From assembly GCF_964204645.1 (NCBI RefSeq), contig NC_134026.1, forward strand, positions 1,759,950-1,823,949: a stretch of DNA of 64,000 nucleotides. Direction: 5' to 3'. The stretch's first letter is position 1. Each line of letters opens with the position of its first letter. Shown here in pieces: positions 20,181 through 32,100 of this stretch. A program made the position numbers and the translations under genes. Under the pieces are notes generated by a model. The model saw only the letters and a program-made list of their open reading frames with translations. It had not been told where the DNA came from and searched no databases. The DNA comes from Tubulanus polymorphus. Taxonomy: Eukaryota > Animalia > Nemertea.

Positions 20181-20856
20181 AGTGATGTATAGTAATCAAA
20201 ATCGTCGAAATTGTTTTATATTTTATTTCATTCACGTATTTCGCGGGACTGGAATATAGTTGGGAAATCCCTCCAATTCGTCATGCAATATGACGTCATT
20301 ATGTGGCACCGCGTATTTGATTATTTCTTTATCGGGCTTCGAATTGACTGCTGCAACCGGCACTATCATCGATCAGTCCATGGACGTATAAACTAGTTTA
20401 TACGTCCATGATCAGTCGAGCAAATGAAAGAAATATTAATCAACACTGCATTATGATTTTTCAGTATATTTGTTCTTTTTTAATGCATAAATCAAAATCC
20501 ATTTTATTTCAAATGATATATTATTTACTTTTCATTCGTTCCTTGCTAAATTTGAAATATAAAAAATCATCACCACCAATTAACATTATTTATAGAAAAT
20601 GTGAGATACAAAGTGGAGGGTAAACTTCAAATATTTAGGTTCGAAGAAATAGTTGGCATATGCGGGATTCGAAACTACTATCAAATACGCGAAGCCAGCC
20701 TGAAGCGTTCTCCATTTTTCACTTCCTGGTTCCTCGTCATTCGTCATTCTTTATTCCTCATGCTGCTGTCTTTCATCGCAGTTTCTTAGTAAAACCACCA
20801 TCGGAGACGGTTTTTACCCGATCCGGTAAATTCACAGTTACTCGTTTGTCGTCGCG
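20181..20856. promoter_or_regulatory. Head-to-head promoter region PPM1G / NRBP
   Basis: Divergent ATGs at 20180 and 20857; CRE TGACGTCA at 20291-20298; ETS-like CACTTCCTG near 20720. Confidence 0.6.
20379..20410. mobile_element. 32-bp perfect palindromic mini-element with 7-bp TSD
   Basis: CATGGACGTATAAACTAGTTTATACGTCCATG flanked by ATCAGTC on both sides; related copy at 44988-45016. Confidence 0.8.
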
Positions 20857-23800
20857 ATGACTGGCAGTAAGTCGAGCAATGATCCTGAACCGCACCATTC
20901 GTCAGAACACGATAGTGGCGAAGATTCAGAGGACGAGAGCGAAATTTTGGAAGAAAGCCCGTGCGGAAGGTGGCAAAAAAGACGCGAAGAGGTTTGTTAT
21001 CTTTGAATAATTGATTTAAACATCATTAATGAGTTTAACAAGATTAGATTAACAAGAATGTGTAATATGTGGTGGTATGGTGTGCACTGGGCAAGTTTGT
21101 GCATCTGATCTGTGTAACCACTGCCCTGGCAGGGCGGGTCCGACGTGGCCCATTACCAGACAGGCTGTAATTGTTCTGTATAAGCCCTTTCAGTACCATC
21201 TGTTTTATACAAAAACATGTTGTTAGTTATTGATTTTGTTTAAGAAATCAGTAAAAAGTGATATTTTAGATTTTATACACATTAATTAAGTCATGTTTTA
21301 CATTTTATTCCTAATAGATTCAGCAACGAGACATTCCAGGCATTGACAATGCGTTCCTGGCTATGGATACTGAGGAAGGTGTGGAAGTTGTATGGAATGA
21401 GGTCCAATTCTCAGAAAAGAGAAATTTTAAAGCACAGCAGGTAGGCCTAGGTTTATATTTCGATTATGGTGAAATATTGCAAAATCTGCCATAGTTTACC
21501 CAATGAGTTTAAGACGAGTAAAAATCCCACAATAGGCCTATGTGAATGAATCTAAAAAGTTAATTTAAAAATATTAGAAATATTTTGGGTGGTTGTTACC
21601 ACCCTTCTTCAGTCTAAAAGGAAATATTTCTAATATCTTTAAATAAACTTTTTAGATGCATTCATATAGGCCTATTGTGGGATTTTTACTTGTCTTATCA
21701 CGGATTGAACTGGTTGGTTAATGAGAATTATTTAATAAGAAAACCAAACACTGTCTGATTCAAGCATTTTGAAATTGTGTCATGAAATGATGCACTATAA
21801 AAAGAGAAGAGAAATCCAGGAAGTTTCCTGTTTTAATGTGAAAGGCTTTTATTCTGAACGCAATCATTTGAATTACTTGAAAAACATACATTTATACAAG
21901 GATATAAGATATAGTTTTTTAGTGAAAATAGTTGTTTAGGCCTAAATAGATTCACATAGAAAAGCTTCCAGTTATTGGAATTTAATTAGGTTAAGCCTAC
22001 TGTATATTTTCAACAAACCAAATAATAATGAATTATGTGAAACTAGATAATTATATGAATTGTATGAAATGGATTTCGAAGCTGTGAAGTCAAATATTTT
22101 GTTGTTTTTTTTTTAGGAAAAGATAAAGCATGTGTTTGACAATTTAATCCAACTTGAACATCCCAACATTGTAAAATTCCACAAATATTGGACCGACAAA
22201 ACTATGACAGATAAACCGAGGGTATGTAAACTCACACTTATTGTATACAGCTGTTAGTGTCGAGTGGTATTTGTTTGGTATATAATGTATTTTTGTGTAG
22301 TACATGATGTATTTTTGTGTTGTATATATAATGTATTACAGTTGTGTAACTTCTGTCTGTATTCTATGAATTTAGGTTATCTTCATAACGGAGTACATGT
22401 CATCTGGTTCTCTGAAACAGTTTCTAAAGAAAACTAAGAAGAATGCCAAAACGTTGAAGGTAGATTTAAAGCAATATTAAAAAAGGGGGTTCCTTTAGGG
22501 GTTAAATAGTTAGATTGAGATGGCTCTCACTCTCATTAGCTCTGTGACATCGTTCTAAGCTAATGTCGTTGTTTTCTGCTCCCTCTTTTCTGAGATGAAT
22601 TTCAGTTAGGTGACGCTTTCTGATATTACGCAGGTAAGACTTATTTTAGTTAACAACCTTTTCTAGATTCAAGTGATTACTGATATATGTATTTTGTATG
22701 TTTCCGGTAACTAGGCGTGGCATCGATGGACTACTCAAATTTTGTCTGCTCTGAGGTTATTATCCAATGATTATCCGTTGAACTCAGATTTCTATTGTCT
22801 GTATATTTGAGTTTGGAGTAAATTGAATTATACTTCATTTTCAGTTACTTGCATTCCTGTGATCCGCCAATTATCCATGGCAACCTTTCTTGTGATACAA
22901 TATTTATTCAGCACAACGGTCTCATCAAAATTGGTTCAGGTAATTAAAAATGTCATGTTTATACTTGGATACATAGTTCCGTATTAAAGCTACTGATTTC
23001 ACATGAGGAAATGTTTCATGTTTTACAGTTGCTCCTGATGCTATTCACAACCACGTTAAAACTTGTCGCAGTAGCGCGAAAAACATCTATTACATAGCTC
23101 CGGAATATGGGGGTAAGAAATCTCTGACTTATAACTCCAGTTCTGACCGACAGCACCTCACTTTCAGTTATATATCATCATCTTTAAAGAGTAAGGCTTT
23201 CAATGAAAATGAACACTAACCCTATCGTAAAAGAGAGAATCATATATTGTTTTGAGGTGCTGCTCGGTGATTGATATCAATCTGACAAATTTTGCGCAAA
23301 ATTATCGCATGATGAAATCTGTTTTCAGGTCTCAACTAAAGCTCCTACATAAAGCGGACACAATATTTCAATTTGACATTATTTGACAAATTTTTCATAG
23401 TTACACCTTTTAAGAGGAAATTGATTGACACGAGAAAGAAGGAAATGTGGAGATAAATGTAGTTAGTTGAGGCGTGTGATTGTATATAAATGGGTCTATG
23501 ATGTGTTTCTCTTCCTACAGGTTCTGCTCCCGTTACTACCGCCGTAGATATTTATTCATTTGGAATTTGTGCGTTGGAGGTAATTAAGACTTATTAAAAA
23601 AAAAAAAACGAACAAACGAAACCAACCAAATTCCGGCTGGTGCTCTGTGCTCTTACCTACCTACACATCAAATTCCAATTTCTGTTATCGGTCTGAGTGT
23701 ATTTAAGCACTAATAGCTCGGACTAAAACCTCTGGTAATGAATGAAATCAATTCGATAAGCGTGAAATTGGTTGTTGATTTATATGTACATATACACACA

Positions 23801-26366
23801 CTGAGATCAGTGTGTGTATATATACATATGAATTCAAAGACTGGCAAAATGTTTTATTCCTTTTAATTGTGTAGAAAATGAGCGGTAAGTACACTAATAT
23901 GACGATCCTATCCGATCTCTTGTTTGATTCGTTTTATCGAGCGATAGTTTGATAGGATCTCTCAATAATCGGTGGACGTTTATTTCTGCCTCCCGTGTAA
24001 ATCTGTCGATAAAGTATATATTTGCGCAAATACATCTTGCTGTTTCGTTCGTCGTCAATGATGAATCTTGCTGTTCACGTATTATTGTTCTTTATGTGCA
24101 AATATATACTTTATCAGATTTACTATAAGATTTATTGACTACCTTGGAAAACAAACGCGTGCTCCTTATGTTTGACCCGCTGAAATAATATACTTGTTTC
24201 TTTGTACGTAAATTTATCTATCGATGTTCATGTGCTTTACCTCCCGACTTATTGGGTTCACGAAGACAGACTTTCTGACTAGACTCTGGCCACACAAAAT
24301 ACAGAAATGAATCGACGAGATTGTTTTTCCAGGGTAGTCCATTATGGATTTTTTATCCGATTTTAATTGAGGCGTTTATTTTTACGTTTCAGATGGCAAC
24401 GCTTCATATACACGGTAATGGCGACGGTGGGGGATATGTAACTGAAGACTCCATCATCAAAACTCTAGATCTAATTGACGATCCTTCAAAAAGGGTAAGA
24501 ATATTTTGATTCTCTGAAAAATGAGCCATGAAAATTTGGTCCATGTAGAATTATTGAGAAATACAATTTTCGTTACACTTCTGCACAAGTTTAGTAGTGT
24601 AAAAGATGGAAATTGGCTTATACAAAAACTACTGAATTACTAGTTTACTAAGATATAGAGAGAAAATAATAGAGTAAAAGATGATAGAGTATCGACTTAG
24701 GAGGAGTCTACCATTATTTAGATATGAAAGTGATACATACAGTCCTTGAAATTTGCAATTTTATCCTTGAAAACTCCTTGAATTCTGGAATGACTGATCT
24801 GTAGGGACCCTGATAGATATTTGAGTTGCAAGTTTATTTTGTTTTATTCAGGATTTTATCGCCAAGTGTTTAAGTCGTGAACCGGGAAAACGTCCTACAG
24901 CCAGAGACCTGCTCTTCCATCCAGTATTATTTGAAGTGCATTCGTTGAAGATTTTATCAGCGCATTGTTTTATAAATTATTCAGGTAATACTTTATCTAG
25001 ATCCAAATTTGATAGTTCTCCGTGAACCGGGTCAAAGTTGTTGTAAATTAATTTGAAATAAAAAAATTTCCAGATCAAGGTTTATTACCTGAGCATGTGA
25101 CGAATGCTGCTCATGATACGAAGGATCCGAATAAAGTGATAGCAGAAGTAAAACGTCTGGATTCAGTGCAATGGAAGTAAGTTATTTATACATATATTTT
25201 AATATTGCTTTGTTGTTCTTTTAAAAAATGAATTTCTTGTGTAGCGGTTGCTGATATTCTTGATTTCGATAATTTTCAGAATTAGTCAAGTCCCTTCTCT
25301 AGACTTAGAGAAATTTCTAGAAGATGTTCGGTACGTATTCGACACAATTTTACGAAGTAAATCTTTTGAAATGAGTCTTTCAACTGATGTGTTTATTTCT
25401 TTAGAAATGGAAGCTTTCCACTAACTGCATTTGAGATTAACCAGCCATCACAGCCACGTCCACGGGCGATATCTCCGGAAGTAGCCGAATCTGTGAAATC
25501 TGATACCCCTGAACCATTAGAGGGTCGACATATAGTTAATATATGTTGTACTATACGACAAGTAGAAGGAAGTGTTCAAGTGAGCGGACTACTTACTCTT
25601 TTTTAAGAGCTCAACTGCTCCCAAAAATTTAGAAATATTCTCAAAATCAGAATAGTTTCTAGATCATTTTCATATCAATTATTAAACAATTTTTGTTGTC
25701 GAAGTGATCTCCTTTGGTGAAAACCAAATCGAAATCAGATCGTTGTAACTTTTATGAAATTGTTAAACTGTTATTTGGATATTTGGTTTTTCGTTTCTAG
25801 TTGAATCTAGTGATGCGAATGGATGATAAAATGAACAGACAGTTGACGTGTGAAGTTTCTGACGAGGATTCGTCTCATGCCTTATCAGATGAGTTAGTTT
25901 ACTATGGATTCATAAATGATGTAAGTTTACTCTACAGTTAGGCTTTGACAGACATTGTGTCATTATGTTTTCGATATCATATTCTAAAGACCCAGTTTCA
26001 TTATTTCAATGTAGAAAAGTCACAAGTTATGGTTTAACCCTCATGAATTACAGAATTTACCAAATTTTTTTTTTACCTGAGGAAAATATTGTATTATCGT
26101 GAAAAACTTCAGGGTCCAGTTCCACAGTTCTGAGTTATGATTTGACTCGTGATTTAACCCATTGAAAAATGAACTAACTTTAACTCAGAGATAACTCTAA
26201 CTCACAACTGTGGAACTGGGTCCAGTACATATTTGCAGAGTTATTCATCGTTTAAATCATCATCATCTTTTTGCAGACGGATCGAGAAAAAGTGGCTCAT
26301 TTGATCGACGAAACTCGGAGAAATTACCACACATCCGATAGTAAAATAGTAACACAGTCTGCATGA
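20857..26366 (+). CDS. NRBP1: Nuclear receptor-binding protein (NRBP/Madm pseudokinase), multi-exon
   Basis: [70 protein letters not shown] (no HRD or DFG), [25 protein letters not shown]; TGA at 26364-26366. Confidence 0.95.
21511..21696. repeat. Foldback inverted repeat (probable MITE) in an NRBP intron
   Basis: AAGACGAGTAAAAATCCCACAATAGGCCTATGTGAATG... pairs with ...CATTCATATAGGCCTATTGTGGGATTTTTACTTGTCTT; no clear TSD. Confidence 0.7.
24008..24115. repeat. Short inverted-repeat element in an NRBP intron
   Basis: GATAAAGTATATATTTGC / GCAAATATATACTTTATC arms. Confidence 0.55.
26113..26222. mobile_element. Harbinger-type MITE in the last NRBP intron
   Basis: TIR CCAGTTCCACAGTT / AACTGTGGAACTGG; CAG TSD. 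Confidence 0.75.
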
Positions 26367-29112
26367 CTAGACCACTGGTCTTTGATTAATTATCTATAAT
26401 GGAAATAAACTACTATCGTATATCATAGAAGGTTCATTCGTTCAAAGTCCTGCATTTTACCATGACAGAAGCTTCGTGTGGTTTAAATGGTAATATGTGC
26501 AGGCGTGGTATTTAGTGGTAATGTTTCTGTACCAAACCAGTATTGCCTGTTTAGACAGTACAGACATGCGCGTGCAACCTGAGAACACGTCTGAACGCAT
26601 CGTCATTGAGCAGGACACATCTGGATATTCTCGCGTACTTACATTCACTCGCAGTTTGTATGAAAGACTGTTTCGGTGGATTTTTCTGAGATTTTATACT
26701 GGAATATTTCTTGGGATTTTCAGTGCACCTGATCTGTACGTTTGTATCGGCATCTACGAGTGTCCACTACTATTCATTTGCGAGTGGACACAATTTACGT
26801 AGGATGTAATGATACGAGATACATTGTGTTATATTTAAAGTGTTTCAAAATTTTCATCGACTCGAAACAGCTGTCAAATCTTAATTTATTAAAGAAAAGG
26901 CTTTGGAAATTTCTTATTTTATGACATTGAATTAAATTAATTATCTTGCACATATGTATCAACATTTAAGAAGAAAAAAGTAATTTCTTTGTGTCAGATA
27001 TGAGAATTATTGTAGTGTGGCTGCTGTTATTTAAGATTTTCTGAACTTTTCAATCTTCAGTAAAAGAAAGTAGACTGGTTAAAGTAATTCCCGCCATGTC
27101 TGTTCATGGCGACAATGTTTTTGTCATTGGCTGCCATTGGTGGTTAGAATATCTACATCGATGAATACACGAGCACTAAGTAACTGGGCGTATAAATTCG
27201 TCGATAAATTCTGTGGTTTCAATCCGGCAAAAGATATAGTTTGTGTCCCTAGCTTTACTTACTAGATTCTTCAGCTTTATAGACTGCTTTTGATTTGTAC
27301 GGGGATGTGAGGAACTGATTGCTGGCACAGTAAAAACGCTGTATATTTTTCTGATACTGGTGGCAAAAGGTTTTTTCTAATATATATATATATATGAAAG
27401 GTGCTATTACTTGGCTTGTAAAAAATATTTGTCCTGCCATGCTGAATTTTAAAACTTGTAAATAAGTGGCTCTATGTTGATAAATGTTAGCCAGAACGAA
27501 TTACTGTGTAAATATATAAATCAGCTGTAATCTTTGAATTGATTAAGTTGTAGACATAGAGAACACTGATACTGCATGAGGAATAGTAAATCAATGTTTG
27601 GCTACGGCTCATTTTTTGGTATAATTCGCTTACAGTGAAGTTTCTCACACGCGGTTTTAAGTGAATGTAGTGGTCAGATTTTCTTCGATTTTAATGTAAA
27701 TGGTAATATTGTGTGGATACTTAACAACGTAGTCGGGATCCAGTTCTACTGTTATGACTAAGTTCATTCTGAAGGTTACACGTATTAAACTTTGAACCGT
27801 GGTACCCGATGTTTAAATATGACCTACCGGTATTCCAATGCAATCTTCTGTAAATTACAATTGTGTCAGAAGTCACTTCAATTAACTTAAATGATAACTA
27901 TTATACTTGTACACATTCTCTCTGTATGTAATTTGACACTGTGAATTCTGCACCGAAGCTTCCATTCGATTCGAATCTGTGGCAGTGCATTTATTTTGTG
28001 TGGATTTCACATTTTGATTCGTTTTCCTCGAATTATTTCAAAGCAACTTGTCATGAGAATAAAATGTCATAATTTGCAAAAAAGCTCCATGGTTAGTGTT
28101 TAATAGTCTAAAGTAATTGAGCCTATACTTGAAGTTACTCAAATAAGTTACCCTTCTTACTGTGAAACTGCGCTTGAAGGGAATATTTCTGGTTATTCGG
28201 CTATTGCTTGCGTCATCATGTGAAACTGTGCAGTGCAGGCAGCTCAGCAGAAAAGTAGGAAGATTGATTCTTTTTGAAAACTCCAATTTGTGCATTAGAG
28301 CTGCTAGGATTAATACATTCACCAAGTCAGGGACCAGTTCCATTAAGATTTGGGGGTCTTAACTCATTGAGAACGAGCAAAGAACCTCCTCAATATTATT
28401 CGCTCAGTCATTTGGCAGATGTGCAATTTTTGCTCTCTGTGCAGAATTCCCTACGCCAACCCTGTACGATAGACTCCTGCATTCTAAGGACAACTGGAAT
28501 CGTTTTTGTTTATATCATCACCAGTTTCTGGAGAACATCCTTGATTATAGTTCTATCAACCCTCGATACTAGATTACCAGATGCTATGCATGATACTATC
28601 CTATCTTTATATTACTCCTTGGAATATACTTGTACATAACCAGAAAGAATACATCAGAAAATGAACATTTTTTAACAGGTGCTATATTTAAATTTATTGA
28701 ATTTTGAATCTACTGAAATACAAGAGGATAGACAGTGGAAATATATATATACAACCAGCCAGCTAGCTGTAATAATAATTATATACACAGCATATCATAT
28801 ATAGTTATAGTATGTAAGATTAAGTACTAAGATACACAGGTAACTCTAGTTTCAGTTATACACTAACTATACAAATATTCTACGATTATTTATTTCTAAT
28901 CTATATTTGTGTACAATCACTGTAACAGTTGTAAGTACTGGCAGACTACAAATACAAATAGATCGTTTATCACAAATATTTGTATGAATATTCAATAAAC
29001 TGAGGAATGACCAGCAATTCCCCTAAGCGTACAAATTATAGAATCAAGTCATATATGAGTTCAATAACCTACATAAAGTTCATATTATCTGAATGAATCT
29101 TTAATTGTCTTC

Positions 29113-32100
29113 CTAAGAAACCTTAGTTTGACTAGGAAAATAGGCAGATGGTGTTGTTTTCTGAGGTGGTTTCTGAACGGCATTTTTGGCAACTTGTCCA
29201 GCGATGTTGGGCGAATTAGCTCGCGGATTGCTCGATCTGAGTGGAACTCCATCTCCTTGTTGTAAATACTTTAAATCCAAAGCTGGTGGATTGCTACAAA
29301 AAATAGAATCCAGAACTATAAACGAGCACAAGAACAGATACTGGTACATGTATAACCGAAATATGGTAAGGAAAACATACTTTTCCTTATTTGTTTTCAC
29401 ATTTGTAGACCCAGAATCAACCTTTTCTTCCGCAATCGTCGATGGTTTAAGAGCAGATATCCTGTCACGGCCAAAACCGAGCTGAAATAATAAAGCATCC
29501 AATAATTGAAAATCATCAACTGATTCGGTATGTAAATGCGAGGTAAGTAAATCGTAAAAATTATCGAGCTGCACTCACCTGTGGAGCGCTGTAATTTCTA
29601 CTAAGACCTGATGCAGCGAATCCTGAATCGGAACCCTTCAACGGAGCGGACATATTAGATGCTGGAGTGCTCGTGTTACGCTAAAAAACAGAAACAGTTT
29701 CATCAAATTTCATCAAAACATCAGTTGTGTGATACTCGAGAGACAACAACACTTACAGGTTGTGAAACTAGAGGTCTTGTATATGAGTTAATAGCTAGGT
29801 TTTTTAGAGGGGGTGGGTCTACACTACGTTGAGCCGACATCTGATTCTCAGTTATCTGTCTATTCAACCAATTTATCACTGAAAATACAATCAGTTCGTA
29901 TTCATTCAAGGTAAAACACGCGACTGATCGTTAAAACTATTATTCAATACACACCATTTTCATTAGTTTTCAACAGTTGTTTACTTTCCTCGAGTTTCTT
30001 TACTGTAGCATCCAGTGATTCAGTCAATTTACCGTTCTATATTTTAGAAAATAAAGTCCTTTTATCAGTAAATCAATGAAAACCAACTCTTTATAATCTA
30101 GCGGTCCAAAATATCTAACTCTTAATGTACCTCATCCTCAGATTGTTTCAGGGTAGTTTTAGTCGATTCTAATTCTTTCTTCAACGTTTCGATCTCTTGT
30201 TCGCGTTCTCCCAATAATTTCTCCTGTTCTGTAGTGATCTGATTTCGTAATTTCACCTGAAATACAAGTGTATGAAACCATTAAACCTGACAAGATGCAC
30301 ACAAGATAATTAGTTGAATAGTCTGAACACTGATTCTGATCTCTACCTTGGCGTGATAGTTCCTTATTTCACCCTGTAATCTTTTAATAATCTCATTTCC
30401 TTTGACTAGTTCTTCGGACATTGTTTTTATTGATGTTTCTAGTTTTCCGATGTGTTTCAGTTTTCTTTCCATTTCCTCAGCCATCTTTTTCTATCGACAG
30501 CAAAATATAAATCATATGAGTTGATCTGCTTTGTTCTGGTAACAATATTATTGTAACCACTTCCAGAATCTCTGCATTAGCAGGGTTCACACTTTAAATG
30601 TCATTCCAGAATTTTAGGACTTGTGAGGAGTATTAAAAGAAGTTACAAAAATTGGAAAATATTGACATGATGGTAATGTATTTCACGAACTTTCTCTAAT
30701 ACCTAATAAGGTCCTTGAAACTGATTCTTCAATTTAGAGGACTTATCAAGAAATTCTAGAAATATGAACCGCGTTTTGGAGAGAATTTAAAAAATCCAAC
30801 CTTTTGTTCCTGTTCGGAATGAAGAATATCCTGTGTTTTCTCGATCAACATTTCCCGATCGCGAGATTCCTGATCAGCGACGGCAATTCGCGTGTGGAGT
30901 TGGTTTATGATTTTTTCCTGTTCGTGGTAATCTCCGTCTAACGAAGCGTTGTCTTTACGTAATGATGACAGCTCCTGTTTAGCGTGGTGATGATCCTCCT
31001 CGAGACCGCTCAGTCGTGATTTTAGCTCTCGAATCAGCGACTCGTGTTTGTATCTCATATCCGTCAAATCCTAATTTTAAATGACAAGATCTCGTTATCA
31101 ATTTACCGATTAACTCTTAATGATTTCGATGAAATGATGAAGCTCACCTTATTTGAGTTTTCTAAATCATAGACTCTCGACTCCATATTTTTGACAATTT
31201 TCAAATGAGCAGTTTCCAATTCTTTTCGCTCCTTCTCATAACGCTGTTGGCTCGAGGTTTGAACCTACAACGCAAGTTGAATATATCATTCTAAAAGAGA
31301 TCAACGTTTTTATAAAATGCGTTCAGTTCAGACGTAAAACTAACCTGTAGATATTTCTCTTTTTCCATCGTTATTTGTTGCGAATATTTGTTATTCAGCT
31401 CTTGAGTTTTCTGATTTAAATCAAGTTTCACTTGATCCAGTTCCTGACACCTGTCAGACAATGCCTAGAATTTAGAGTTGAATTGTTAGAAAGAGCTAAT
31501 CAGTATTTGGCAGTGTTAAATAGGACAAACATTTAATCATGTATTACTTGTTGAGTTTGAGAGAGTTTTGTCTTTAATTCATCTTCAGTTGTTTCTAGTT
31601 TCACATTCAATTCATGAATCTGATCCTGAAAAAAAAAGACTCATGATTGTATAGAAAATCGATGGCAACAAGACTATAGAAATAGGCACAAGTTTGTGGA
31701 CTCATGAAAAGTCCGATATTCTACCTTAGCTAATTTCAGACAGTCAGCGAGGTACTTTTTAACATCAGTATCGCGGCCGGGCAGAAATCTCAGTGATAAA
31801 TGCGTGAGGTGTTTGAATGGATTAGTTTCAACAATGTTTAAACACCACGAATCTTTATCCGATCCAAACTGAAGTAAATATCTGAAATTATACAAACTAA
31901 AATTACTCCTAAATCAAGCGAGCCACGTGTCTTAAGGGGAGTTTAATTCTCACGCCAACAATAGCGTGTAGCTTTAGTCAGGACACCAGAGAACTCCCTG
32001 ACAAGTAAAAATGGAGGTAAAGAGGAACAATTTCACAGGTTCGGGAATATTGGAGTAATATTAATGGAAGAAAGTTGTGCTTCATATCAAATAAGTTTGA

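Noticed and set aside
26497-28639. Several 60-121 aa ORFs between NRBP and SAS-6
   Set aside because: Lie in convergent 3'UTR/intergenic sequence, mostly non-ATG starts, no homology evident
24740-30730. hAT-like MITE end fragments (about 24740-24812 and 30581-30725; similar debris near 19520-19790 and 59040-59225)
   Set aside because: Only one end is recognisable in each and there is no TSD; boundaries cannot be supported
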